Assembly (NCBI RefSeq): GCF_003234365.2
Contig: NZ_CP126260.1
Span: 2,829,172 to 2,853,171 of the forward strand
DNA: 24,000 nucleotides
Source: Curtobacterium sp. MCJR17_020
GTDB taxonomy: Bacteria > Actinomycetota > Actinomycetes > Actinomycetales > Microbacteriaceae
Direction of reading: 5' to 3'
Under the pieces are notes generated by a model. That model made no database searches. It was not told the origin of the DNA and was given only the letters and a program-made list of their open reading frames with translations. Position 1 is the first letter of the stretch, and each line of letters starts with the position of its first letter. A program made the position numbers and the translations under genes. This document shows, piece by piece, positions 8,483-16,430 of the stretch.

Positions 8483-8537
8483 CGCCGTGTCTCCCCACAC
8501 CGTGTCCGCCGAACACCACCACTCGAGGAAGCGCACC

Positions 8538-9197
8538 ATGACGAACGACACCACGAGCACCGAAGAGCACGCCGCCGCACGGCACCGTCACCAGGCCGGA
8601 CCGGCGATCGCGATCCTCCGCGGCGGCACCGGCGACCACGTCGAGGACGTCATCGCCACCCTGGTCGACTCCGGCGTGACGGCGATCGAGATCACCACGA
8701 ACACCCCGCGCTGGCGCGAGGGCATCGCGTGGGCGGTCGATCGGTACGGTTCCGCGGCCTCCATCGGCGTCGGCACGGTGCTCGACGTCCGCCAGCTCGA
8801 CGAGGCCGCCGCTGCCGGTGCCTCGTTCGCCGTCAGTCCCCACCTCGACGCCGAACTCGGCGAGCGCGCGCACGAGCGTGGCCTCGGCTGGTACCCCGGT
8901 GCCGCGACCCCGACCGAGATCGTCCGCGCGTGGCGGCTCGGTGCCCGTGCGGTGAAGGTGTTCCCGGCGGCGCAGCTCGGCGGCCCCGCGTTCCTGAAGC
9001 AGGTCCTGGCACCGCTCGACTTCATCGACGTCATCCCGACCGGTGGCATCGGGGTCGACGACGCCCCGGACTACCTGGCCGCCGGTGCGGTCGCCGTCGG
9101 ACTCGGGTCCCCGCTCGTCGGCGACGCGCTGACCTCGGGCGACCTCGACGCCCTGCGGGAGCGGGCCGGCCGCCTCGTCGCGGCGCTCGACCGATGA
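8538..9197 (+). CDS. eda: 2-dehydro-3-deoxy-phosphogluconate (KDPG/KHG) aldolase
   Basis: 219 aa. AILRGG, TAIEITTNTP, the Schiff-base lysine block AVKVFPA, and PTGGI. SD-like gaggaa lies upstream of ATG 8538. Confidence 0.85.
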   Translation: MTNDTTSTEEHAAARHRHQAGPAIAILRGGTGDHVEDVIATLVDSGVTAIEITTNTPRWREGIAWAVDRYGSAASIGVGTVLDVRQLDEAAAAGASFAVSPHLDAELGERAHERGLGWYPGAATPTEIVRAWRLGARAVKVFPAAQLGGPAFLKQVLAPLDFIDVIPTGGIGVDDAPDYLAAGAVAVGLGSPLVGDALTSGDLDALRERAGRLVAALDR

Positions 9198-10840
9198 CCG
9201 GGCAGCAGCCCACCGGCGAGCAGTCCAGCGGCAGCGTCGTCCTGCTGCGCGGCGGGTCGGTTTTCGGTGCGGACGGGGCCCAGGTGCGCGCCGACGTCCT
9301 CGTCACCGACGCCGTCATCCGCGCCGTCGGTGCCGACCTGGACCCCCCTGCCGACGCGCACGTGATCGACTGCGACGGACGACTGGTGCTCCCGGGCTTC
9401 GTGGACGCGCACTCGCACGCCGGGTCGCTCGTGTTCGACGAGGGCGTGCAGCTCGCGCTCCTGCGCCAGGGCGTGACCACGATCGTGACCGGACAGGACG
9501 GCGTCGGACCGGCACCGGGCGACGGTTCGTACGCCGACACGTACTTCGCCGCCATCGACGGTCCGCACCCGACGTACCGCGGTGGCGGGGTCGACGGCCT
9601 GCTGACGACCTACGACGGCACGACCCCGGTCAACGTCGCGACGCTCGTGCCCGCCGGCACGGTCCGTCACCAGGTCATGGGCGACGACCCGGGGCCGGCG
9701 GACAGCGCGCAGCTGGCCGCGATGCAGGGGCTCGTGCGCGACGGCCTCGCAGCCGGCGCGGTCGGTCTGGCGACGGGGCTCGACTACGTCCCCGGTCTGT
9801 TCGCCGGCACCGCCGAACTCGCGGCACTCTGCACCGAGGTCGCTGCCGTCGACGGCCTCTACGTGTCGCACATGCGCGGCGGTTACGAGGGGAACGCCCG
9901 CGCCGGGCTCGACGAGATCGCCGAAATCGTCCGCGCGTCGGGCGTCCGGGCGCACGTCTCGCACCTGCACGCGCCCGTCGACCTCGCGGTGACCGTACTG
10001 GCCGCGCTCGAGGCGGAGGGCGCCCCGATGTCGTTCGACGCCTACCCGTACTCGCGCGGCTGCACGATCCTGTCGATGCTGCTCCTGCCCGCGGCCCTCG
10101 CCCGCCCCGGCACCGAGGACCTCGCCCACGCCGTCGCCGACGACGAGGGTCGCGCTGCGGTCCGGGCGGCCGTGCTCGACCGTGTGCTGTCCCGCGCCGA
10201 CCTCGGCACCGGATGGGCGGAGCAGATCACGCTGTCCCACGTGCCCGCCGCCGAGTTCCACGCGCTGCAGGGCCGCACCCTGGCCGACGCCGCCGAGGCG
10301 ACCGGGACGGACCCGGTGGACCTGGCCCTCGACGTCCTGGTCGACTCGGCACTGCAGGTCACCGCCGTGATGCGCGTGCCCCGTCCCCGGACCGCCGACG
10401 ACCTGGCACCGCTCTTCCGGCTGCCCGGGCACACGGCCGGTTCGGACGGCATCTTCGTGGGCACGCACCCGCACCCGCGGGCGTACGGCACGTTCGCGCG
10501 ATACCTGCAGGACTTCGCCCGCCCGGGGCTCCTGACCTGGCGCGAAGCCTCGCGGCACCTGTCCACCACCGCGGTCGAGCGACTCGGCCTCGGTCGACGG
10601 GGCGCAGTGGCCGTCGGGGCGGTCGCCGACCTCGTGGTCGTGGACCCCGATCGGGTCGCGGCGCGGTCGTCCTACGACGAACCGATGCGCCTGGCCGAGG
10701 GCATCGACGACGTCCTCGTCGCCGGTGTCCCCGTACTGGCCGACGGCGCTCTGACGCACGCGACCCCCGGTGCCGGGCTGCGTCGCCACCCGGGCCGGAT
10801 CGACCACGAGCAGGGAGCAGCGAGCACCGGGGGACGGTGA
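9194..10840 (+). CDS. N-acyl-D-amino-acid deacylase (D-aminoacylase) family amidohydrolase
   Basis: 548 aa. The ATG overlaps the eda stop (ATGA). It has the metal motif PGFVDAHSH (H73/H75), the family-typical GVTTIVTGQDG block, and YVSHMR. Length and architecture match D-aminoacylases. Confidence 0.82.
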   Translation: MTGQQPTGEQSSGSVVLLRGGSVFGADGAQVRADVLVTDAVIRAVGADLDPPADAHVIDCDGRLVLPGFVDAHSHAGSLVFDEGVQLALLRQGVTTIVTGQDGVGPAPGDGSYADTYFAAIDGPHPTYRGGGVDGLLTTYDGTTPVNVATLVPAGTVRHQVMGDDPGPADSAQLAAMQGLVRDGLAAGAVGLATGLDYVPGLFAGTAELAALCTEVAAVDGLYVSHMRGGYEGNARAGLDEIAEIVRASGVRAHVSHLHAPVDLAVTVLAALEAEGAPMSFDAYPYSRGCTILSMLLLPAALARPGTEDLAHAVADDEGRAAVRAAVLDRVLSRADLGTGWAEQITLSHVPAAEFHALQGRTLADAAEATGTDPVDLALDVLVDSALQVTAVMRVPRPRTADDLAPLFRLPGHTAGSDGIFVGTHPHPRAYGTFARYLQDFARPGLLTWREASRHLSTTAVERLGLGRRGAVAVGAVADLVVVDPDRVAARSSYDEPMRLAEGIDDVLVAGVPVLADGALTHATPGAGLRRHPGRIDHEQGAASTGGR

Positions 10841-10890
10841 CGCAGCGCAGCGAGGTGCCTCGGTGAGGCTTCACACAGCCTGTACCGACG

Positions 10891-11292
10891 TCACGAAGTG
10901 CTCGGCAGCACCGCCACGACGTCGATCTCGACCAGGATGTTCGCCAGGTGGGACTGCACGGTGGTGCGGACGGGGTACGGCTGCGAGAAGTGCTTCGCGT
11001 ACTCCTCGTTGAAGGCCGGGAAGTCGCGGTCGGAGTGCTCGAGGTGCACCGTGGACTTCACGACGTCGTCGAGCGTTGCACCGTGCTCGGCCAGCACCGC
11101 CGCGACGTTGGCCAGCACCTGCGCGGTCTGACCGGCCACGTCGTCGGCGATCGCACCCGTGGCGGGGTCCTGCGGGCCGAACCCGGCGGTGTAGATGAAG
11201 CCGTTGGCGACGATGCCCTGGCTGTAGGGCCCGGCGGGCTTCGGGGCGTTGTCGGTCACGATGGCGGTCTTCGGCGCGTTGGAGTTCGGCAC
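10891..11292 (-). CDS. ridA: RidA/YjgF-family reactive enamine/imine deaminase
   Basis: 133 aa. PKPAGPYSQG, FIYTAGFGPQDPATG, VVKSTVHL and RTTVQS...VEIDVVA are hallmark YjgF/RidA blocks. Confidence 0.9.
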   Translation of the reverse strand: MPNSNAPKTAIVTDNAPKPAGPYSQGIVANGFIYTAGFGPQDPATGAIADDVAGQTAQVLANVAAVLAEHGATLDDVVKSTVHLEHSDRDFPAFNEEYAKHFSQPYPVRTTVQSHLANILVEIDVVAVLPSTS

Positions 11293-11378
11293 GGTTCCTC
11301 CTGGGGTTCGTCGGTCGTCGGCGGAGACTCCAGGCTAGGCGGACGCCACGCGGTGGGGCCGACCACCCGACCAGCGCA

Positions 11379-11393
11379 TTCCGCATTGCAGAA
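11379..11393. promoter_or_regulatory. Candidate operator, site 2: 15-bp near-palindrome TTCCGCATTGCAGAA
   Basis: 12 of 14 non-central positions are palindromic (TTC-N-GCA-N-TGC-N-GAA). It shares the 11-mer GCATTGCAGAA with site 1. It lies 87-101 nt upstream of the ridA start (11292) and 107-121 nt upstream of the GT-C gene start (11500). Confidence 0.5.
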
Positions 11394-11499
11394 CGCAGGG
11401 CGGGCCTGGCGTCCGGGGTGCCGCACCGACCACCCAGGTGGAGGGCGACTACCCTGGCCGGGTGCCGTCCTCCCTGCCCGAACGCCGCGGAGCGCGCGC

Positions 11500-12741
11500 G
11501 TGAGCCGGCTCGACGGCGCGGTCACCGGGACCGCCGCGACCGGACGGCGCCGCGCACTCGACACCGTCACCTCGCTGCCGGCGTGGGCGGCCGTGCTGCT
11601 CGTCTGGACCGGCGGCCGGATCGTGTCGACGCTGTGGCTGGCACTCGCGTACCCGCTCATCGGACGGGCGATGCCGGACAACGCCATCTGGGGCAACGGG
11701 CACGGCTTCACGGCGTTCCTCACCGCCTGGGACGGCCAGTACTACGAGCAGATCTCGCTGCACGGGTACCCCGACGTGCTGCCGGTCGACGCCGTCGGCA
11801 ACGTGGCGCAGAACGCCTGGGCCTTCCTGCCGGCGTTCCCGTTCACGATCCGGATGCTCACCGCCTCGACCGGGCTGCCGTTCACCGTCGGCGCCCCGCT
11901 CATCTCCGTGCTGGCCGGTCTGCTGGCGACCTACCTGCTGCACCGCCTGGTCCGCGACCGTGCGGGCAACGCCGCGGCGATGTGGGCCGTGTTCTTCTTC
12001 ACGTGCGGGCCGCTGTCCTTCCTGCTGCAGGTCGGCTACGCGGAGAGCATGTTCCTCGCGCTCACGTTCGGCGCACTGCTCGCCCTGGAGCGGCGCCGGT
12101 ACGGGCTGCTCACCGTGCTCGGGGTCGCTGCTGCCTTCACCCGTCCGGGCGCATTGGCCGTCCCGCTCGTGCTCGGGGTCATCGCCCTGGTGCGGTGGGT
12201 CCGGGCTCGCCGTGAGACCGGGCGGGTGCTCGACACCTTCCCACTCCGCGAGCAGGTGCAGGTCGTGGCCGCCGGTGCCGTGATGGTGGTGGCGGGTCTC
12301 GCGTGGCCGGTCATCGCGTCGCACGTGACCGGCACGCCGAACGCCTACCTCGAGACCGAGATGTCGTGGTGGGTGAACTTCATCGGCCGCGTGGACTTCG
12401 TGCCCTTGTCGCCGTGGTTCCTCATCGCCGGGCGCTGGCTCGGCGTCGGTGGGATCCTGATCGTGGTGTTCCTGCTCGTCGGGTTCCCGATCTGGCTGCT
12501 CCGCCGGTCGACGAAGCGGCTCGGGTCGACGACCGTGCTGTACTCGGCCGCCTACGCGCTCTACATCTTCGCGGTGTCGCTGCCGATGGCCTCGACCCCG
12601 CGGCTGCTCATGCCCCTGGCGCCGTTGTTCGGCTCGCCGGAGCTCGTCGCCAAGCCGTGGATGCGGTGGACGTTCGTCACCGCGGCGCTGGCCGGGCAGC
12701 CGGTACTCGTCGCGGTGCTCTGGCTGCTCGGGCCTCCGTAG
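11500..12741 (+). CDS. Integral-membrane GT-C type glycosyl/mannosyltransferase (PIG-V / Mannosyl_trans2-like)
   Basis: About 413 aa from GTG 11500 (ggag lies 8 nt upstream; the start is uncertain). It has multiple TM helices and the WDGQYYEQISLHGYP motif typical of PIG-V-like mannosyltransferases. The upstream part of track ORF 10948..12741 is antisense to ridA. Confidence 0.7.
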   Translation: MSRLDGAVTGTAATGRRRALDTVTSLPAWAAVLLVWTGGRIVSTLWLALAYPLIGRAMPDNAIWGNGHGFTAFLTAWDGQYYEQISLHGYPDVLPVDAVGNVAQNAWAFLPAFPFTIRMLTASTGLPFTVGAPLISVLAGLLATYLLHRLVRDRAGNAAAMWAVFFFTCGPLSFLLQVGYAESMFLALTFGALLALERRRYGLLTVLGVAAAFTRPGALAVPLVLGVIALVRWVRARRETGRVLDTFPLREQVQVVAAGAVMVVAGLAWPVIASHVTGTPNAYLETEMSWWVNFIGRVDFVPLSPWFLIAGRWLGVGGILIVVFLLVGFPIWLLRRSTKRLGSTTVLYSAAYALYIFAVSLPMASTPRLLMPLAPLFGSPELVAKPWMRWTFVTAALAGQPVLVAVLWLLGPP

Positions 12742-12786
12742 CGACGACGGCGACGACGGCAGCGGCCTCGACGACAGCTCCGACGC

Positions 12787-12828
12787 GGAACGACGGCACC
12801 GACGTCGTACGACATCGATCCCGTCGTT
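12787..12828. terminator. Compound hairpin between the convergent GT-C and PNPOx-like genes
   Basis: gaacgacgg (12787-12795) pairs with ccgtcgttc (12820-12828). The loop contains the perfect 10-nt palindrome gtcgtacgac. Confidence 0.4.
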
Positions 12829-12864
12829 CGGAGTCGGATCGAGCCGAGCCGAGCCCGCCCGCTC

Positions 12865-13356
12865 CTAGAGATCGACGGTCCCGTGGTCCCCGGTGTCCGG
12901 CTGGCTCTGCTTGCCGAGTGCTGCCTTGAGCGTCTGCACGAGGCTGCCGACCGGACCGGTGTCCTGCGTCCAGTACTCGACCGAGTCGCCCGACACCGTG
13001 AGGAGTCGGATCGAGGGGTCGTCGCGGCCGTCCGGGAACCAGGCCTCGGCGAACGGCGACCACAGCTCGTCGATCACGGCGCTGTCCTGCGTCACCGTGG
13101 CGGTGCCGGCGATGGACAGGTAGCCGCCCTGCGACTCGATGGAGACGTTGACGTGGGGGTTCCTGGCGATGTCGTCGACCTTCTCGCTGCCGTCCTGCAC
13201 CAGGAAGCGGAGAGTCCCGTTGAACGCCTTGTCCTGCACGGCGAGCGGCCGGGCGTGCAGCTGGCCGTCCTCGCTCACCGTCGTCAACAGGGCCGTGTGG
13301 GCGCCGTGGACGATGTCCGAGATGGCGGCGCGCTCTTCCGTCTGCGTGTCGGTCAT
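12865..13356 (-). CDS. Pyridoxamine 5'-phosphate oxidase-like / general stress protein 26 family flavin-binding protein
   Basis: 163 aa from ATG 13356, with aaggag upstream. ALLTTVSEDGQLHARPL, LRFLV and NPHVNVS match the split-barrel PNPOx fold family. The rest of track ORF 12865..14121 is read-through. Confidence 0.75.
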   Translation of the reverse strand: MTDTQTEERAAISDIVHGAHTALLTTVSEDGQLHARPLAVQDKAFNGTLRFLVQDGSEKVDDIARNPHVNVSIESQGGYLSIAGTATVTQDSAVIDELWSPFAEAWFPDGRDDPSIRLLTVSGDSVEYWTQDTGPVGSLVQTLKAALGKQSQPDTGDHGTVDL

Positions 13357-13531
13357 GATGCTCCTTTGCGTCGTGCGCCCCACCCGTCCCGACGTTCGAC
13401 CGCGGGTCCGGCGGGGCCGTACCGTTCCCGCCAGTGTGCCCCTCGACGCTGGGCGCGTCCGGCACGCGGCAGCACCACCCCGACCGGGAGGCCCGCGCCG
13501 ACTCCCCCGGACACGTCCGGACGCGCGGGTG

Positions 13532-13562
13532 GCCGGACCGCAGTGCCCGTACCCGGTCCGGC
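13532..13562 (-). terminator. Hairpin downstream of the hypothetical gene
   Basis: gccggaccg (13532-13540) pairs with cggtccggc (13554-13562): 9-bp stem with a 13-nt loop, 28 nt past the stop at 13590-13592 on the minus strand. Confidence 0.4.
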
Positions 13563-13589
13563 GCACTCCATGCGTCCGCACGGAACGGG

Positions 13590-14219
13590 TCAGGCGGGCT
13601 CGCGGATGGTGGTCTCGACGTCGACGACCTGCGGCACCCGCGGCATCGAGGCGAAGCCGAACGCCACGGGCGGGTCGAGCGGCGCCAGGGTGCCGAGGGG
13701 CTCCCCCGCCCAGGTTCCGCGCACGCCGGTGACGTCGTGGGCCCCGGTCACGCCGTAGTACTCGCGCCGACCGTTCCCTGCCGAGCCGGCGGTGCCGGAT
13801 CCGGGAGCGACGAGCCGGGCGAGCGGGTCGATCGCGGCGAGCCACCGCGGGTCGCGGGCGATCGGCTTCGGGACCACGCGGAGGATGCGTCCGAGCGGTG
13901 AGATCGTGCCGACGTCGACCGAGACCTGCAGGGCGCCGGCGTCGAGCTCCAGGCCACGGGCCGTCCGTCGAGCCCGCACGTCGACCACGGACACGGTGTC
14001 GAACCGGTAGGTGCCGGAGACGTAGGCGGCGACGATCTCGTCCGGTGCGAGCAGCACGCTGGTGCCGTCGGGCAGCTCGAGGAACACGTCGGTGAACGCC
14101 CCGAAGGGCGAGCGGTCCCACATCCCGACGACGATCCGGACGCCCGAGGTGGTGCCGACGCCCATGATCCGGCCGCGGAACCGGCGCTCGACGGGAGGGG
14201 TACTGGGACGTGACGGCAT
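13590..14219 (-). CDS. Conserved hypothetical protein (no family recognised)
   Basis: 209 aa from ATG 14219 (alternative ATG at 14165). Strong GC3 codon bias on the minus strand. Sequence FRGRIMGVGTTSGVRIVVGMWDRSPFGAFTDVFLE...GSAGNGRREYYGV. The upstream part of track ORF 13590..15041 overlaps the LLM gene out of frame and is not coding. Confidence 0.6.
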   Translation of the reverse strand: MPSRPSTPPVERRFRGRIMGVGTTSGVRIVVGMWDRSPFGAFTDVFLELPDGTSVLLAPDEIVAAYVSGTYRFDTVSVVDVRARRTARGLELDAGALQVSVDVGTISPLGRILRVVPKPIARDPRWLAAIDPLARLVAPGSGTAGSAGNGRREYYGVTGAHDVTGVRGTWAGEPLGTLAPLDPPVAFGFASMPRVPQVVDVETTIREPA

Positions 14220-14310
14220 GCCGTGGACCGTACCCGGCGCGCCCGTGAGGCGGACCGACGGAGCCGACCCGCGCCTCCCGACCGACGGGTTCGCGGAAGC
14301 GACAGATCGC

Positions 14311-15420
14311 CTACGGGACGGGGACGGGCTCGGCGAGCAGCTCGCGCACGCGCGGCGCGACCCGGGTGCCGTAGAGCTCGATGGACCGCAGCATGTCCTC
14401 GTGCGGCAGGCGACCGGTCGCGTACCGCATGTCGAACCGCGAGGCGCCGAGGATCCGCATGTTCCGGGCGATCTTCCGCGCCACGGTCTCCGGCGACCCG
14501 ACGTACAGCGAGCCGCCGGCGGACAGGCCCGCGTGGTAGCCGGCGACATCGAGGGGCGGCCAGCCGCGCTCCCGGCCGAGCTGGTCGGTGACGGCCTTGT
14601 GGTACGGCCAGTACCGCTCGGCGGCTTCCTCGTCGGTCGCCGCGACGAAGCCCGGCGAGTGCATCGCGATGGGCTGCTGCGGCAGGTCGAGCTGGGCGAG
14701 CGCCTGACGGTACAGCCGCGAGAACGGGGCGAACTGCGCCGGCTGCCCGCCGATGATGGCGAGGAAGAGCGGCAGGCCGTACGACGCCGCACGGATGACC
14801 GACTGCGGGGAACCGCCGACGCCGATCCAGGTGGGGATGGCGCCGTGCTCGAGCTTCGGGAAGACGTCCTGGTCGACCAGGCTCGCGCGCTTCGTGCCGG
14901 ACCAGGTGACGGCGTCGCCGCCGCGCAGGGCCGCCCAGAGCTGCAGTTTCTCCTCGAACAGGACCTCGTAGTCGGACAGCTCGTGGCCGAACAGCGGGAA
15001 CGACTCGGTGAAGGAGCCACGACCGAGGATGACCTCGGCACGGCCGTCCGAGATCGCGTCGACGGTCGCGAAGCGCTCGTAGACGCGCACGGGGTCGTCG
15101 GACGACAGCACCGTGACGGCGGAGCCCATCCGGATGCGGGAGGTCGACGCGGCGATCGCAGCGAGGACGACCTCGGGTGCGCTCACCACGAAGTCGGCGC
15201 GGTGGTGCTCACCGACGCCGATGAAGTCGATGCCGACCTGGTCGGCGAGGACGGCCTGGGCGACGACGTCGCGGATGCTCTGCGCGTCGGACTTGAGGCT
15301 GCCGTCGGCGAGTTCGGTGACGTCGCCGAAGGTGTCGATGCCGAGCTCCACGGGGCCGATCCGCTCGGGTGCGGGCGGCGGGACGTCCGAGGGGCGGTCG
15401 GTGCCGAATGCGTTGCTCAT
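14311..15420 (-). CDS. LLM-class (luciferase-like) flavin-dependent oxidoreductase
   Basis: 369 aa from ATG 15420, with a perfect aggagg SD just upstream. This start is preferred over the track start at 15444. GVGEHH, RIRMGSAVTVL, EVILGRGS and the TIM-barrel LLM pattern are present. Confidence 0.85.
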   Translation of the reverse strand: MSNAFGTDRPSDVPPPAPERIGPVELGIDTFGDVTELADGSLKSDAQSIRDVVAQAVLADQVGIDFIGVGEHHRADFVVSAPEVVLAAIAASTSRIRMGSAVTVLSSDDPVRVYERFATVDAISDGRAEVILGRGSFTESFPLFGHELSDYEVLFEEKLQLWAALRGGDAVTWSGTKRASLVDQDVFPKLEHGAIPTWIGVGGSPQSVIRAASYGLPLFLAIIGGQPAQFAPFSRLYRQALAQLDLPQQPIAMHSPGFVAATDEEAAERYWPYHKAVTDQLGRERGWPPLDVAGYHAGLSAGGSLYVGSPETVARKIARNMRILGASRFDMRYATGRLPHEDMLRSIELYGTRVAPRVRELLAEPVPVP

Positions 15421-15495
15421 GGTTCCTCCTGGTCGCACTTCCATGCGTATGCATCAAAATAGCACGGCCGAGCTGTGATGGCCAGCGCCCGCGTG

Positions 15496-15501
15496 TACGG
15501 T
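15496..15501 (+). promoter_or_regulatory. Candidate -10 hexamer (TACGGT) placing the TSS at the SDR start codon (leaderless mRNA)
   Basis: It matches TANNNT and ends 7 nt before ATG 15509. No SD is visible upstream of the ATG. Confidence 0.3.
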
Positions 15502-15508
15502 CGCCCGC

Positions 15509-16417
15509 ATGCCGAAGCTCCCTGACCAGACCGGACGCAGGATCATCGTCACCGGCTCCAACAGTGGCACCGGGAAGGAAGCCGCGACCCGTCTCGCGGC
15601 CGCCGGCGCGAGCGTCGTGCTCGCCGTGCGCACGACCGCGAAGGGCGATGCCGCCGCGGCCGAGATCCGCGCAGCCCACCCACGGGCCGATGTCGAGGTA
15701 CGCGAACTCGACCTGGCGGACCTGGCGAGCGTGCGCCGCTTCGCCGAGGGCATCGTCGGCGAGGACCGCCCGATCGACGTCCTGGTGAACAACGCCGGCG
15801 TCATGGCGCCGCCGCAGCGCTTCGAGACGGTCGACGGCTTCGAGTTGCAGTTCGGCACGAACTTCCTCGGCCCGTTCGCGCTGACGAACCTGCTGCTGCC
15901 CTCGCTGCTGCGTGCCGAGGCACCGCGGGTCGCGACCATGTCGAGCCTCGCCGCGATCCCCGGCCGGATCCGCTTCGGCGACCTGCAGTGGGAACGCGGG
16001 TACAACGGCTGGCGCGCCTACGGCCAGTCCAAGCTCGCCGACCTGCTCCTCGCACTGCACCTGCACCGGCTGACCGTCGAGGCGGACGTCCCCCTCGTCA
16101 GCACCGCGGCGCACCCCGGCTACACCCGCACGAACCTGCAGTCGGCCGGGCGCTCGCTCGGACGCGCGAAGCCGGTGCGGCCCAGCAACCGCGCGCTCCC
16201 CTTCACGCAGGCGGTCGAGCAGGGCACCGAGCCGCTGCTCTACGCCGCGGTCGGCCCGAACGCGGTCGGCGGCGCCTACTACGGCCCGGCCGGCCCCTTC
16301 GGCCTGACCGGACCGACGACCGCCGTCTCGATCCCCGGGTCGGCACGGAGCGCCGACCTCGCCCGCTCGCTCTGGGCCGTCGCCGAGGACCTCACCGGGA
16401 CGCGCCCGCCCCTCTGA
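15509..16417 (+). CDS. Short-chain dehydrogenase/reductase (retinol-dehydrogenase-like classical SDR)
   Basis: 302 aa. Cofactor motif [15 protein letters not shown], and catalytic YGQSK. Confidence 0.9.
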   Translation: MPKLPDQTGRRIIVTGSNSGTGKEAATRLAAAGASVVLAVRTTAKGDAAAAEIRAAHPRADVEVRELDLADLASVRRFAEGIVGEDRPIDVLVNNAGVMAPPQRFETVDGFELQFGTNFLGPFALTNLLLPSLLRAEAPRVATMSSLAAIPGRIRFGDLQWERGYNGWRAYGQSKLADLLLALHLHRLTVEADVPLVSTAAHPGYTRTNLQSAGRSLGRAKPVRPSNRALPFTQAVEQGTEPLLYAAVGPNAVGGAYYGPAGPFGLTGPTTAVSIPGSARSADLARSLWAVAEDLTGTRPPL

Positions 16418-16430
16418 GCGCGGGGCGCGG

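Noticed and set aside
15421-15444. Track start codon at 15444 for the LLM oxidoreductase (MEVRPGGT...)
   Set aside because: The ATG at 15420 is immediately preceded by a perfect aggagg SD with correct spacing. The extra 8 codons would place the SD inside the coding sequence.
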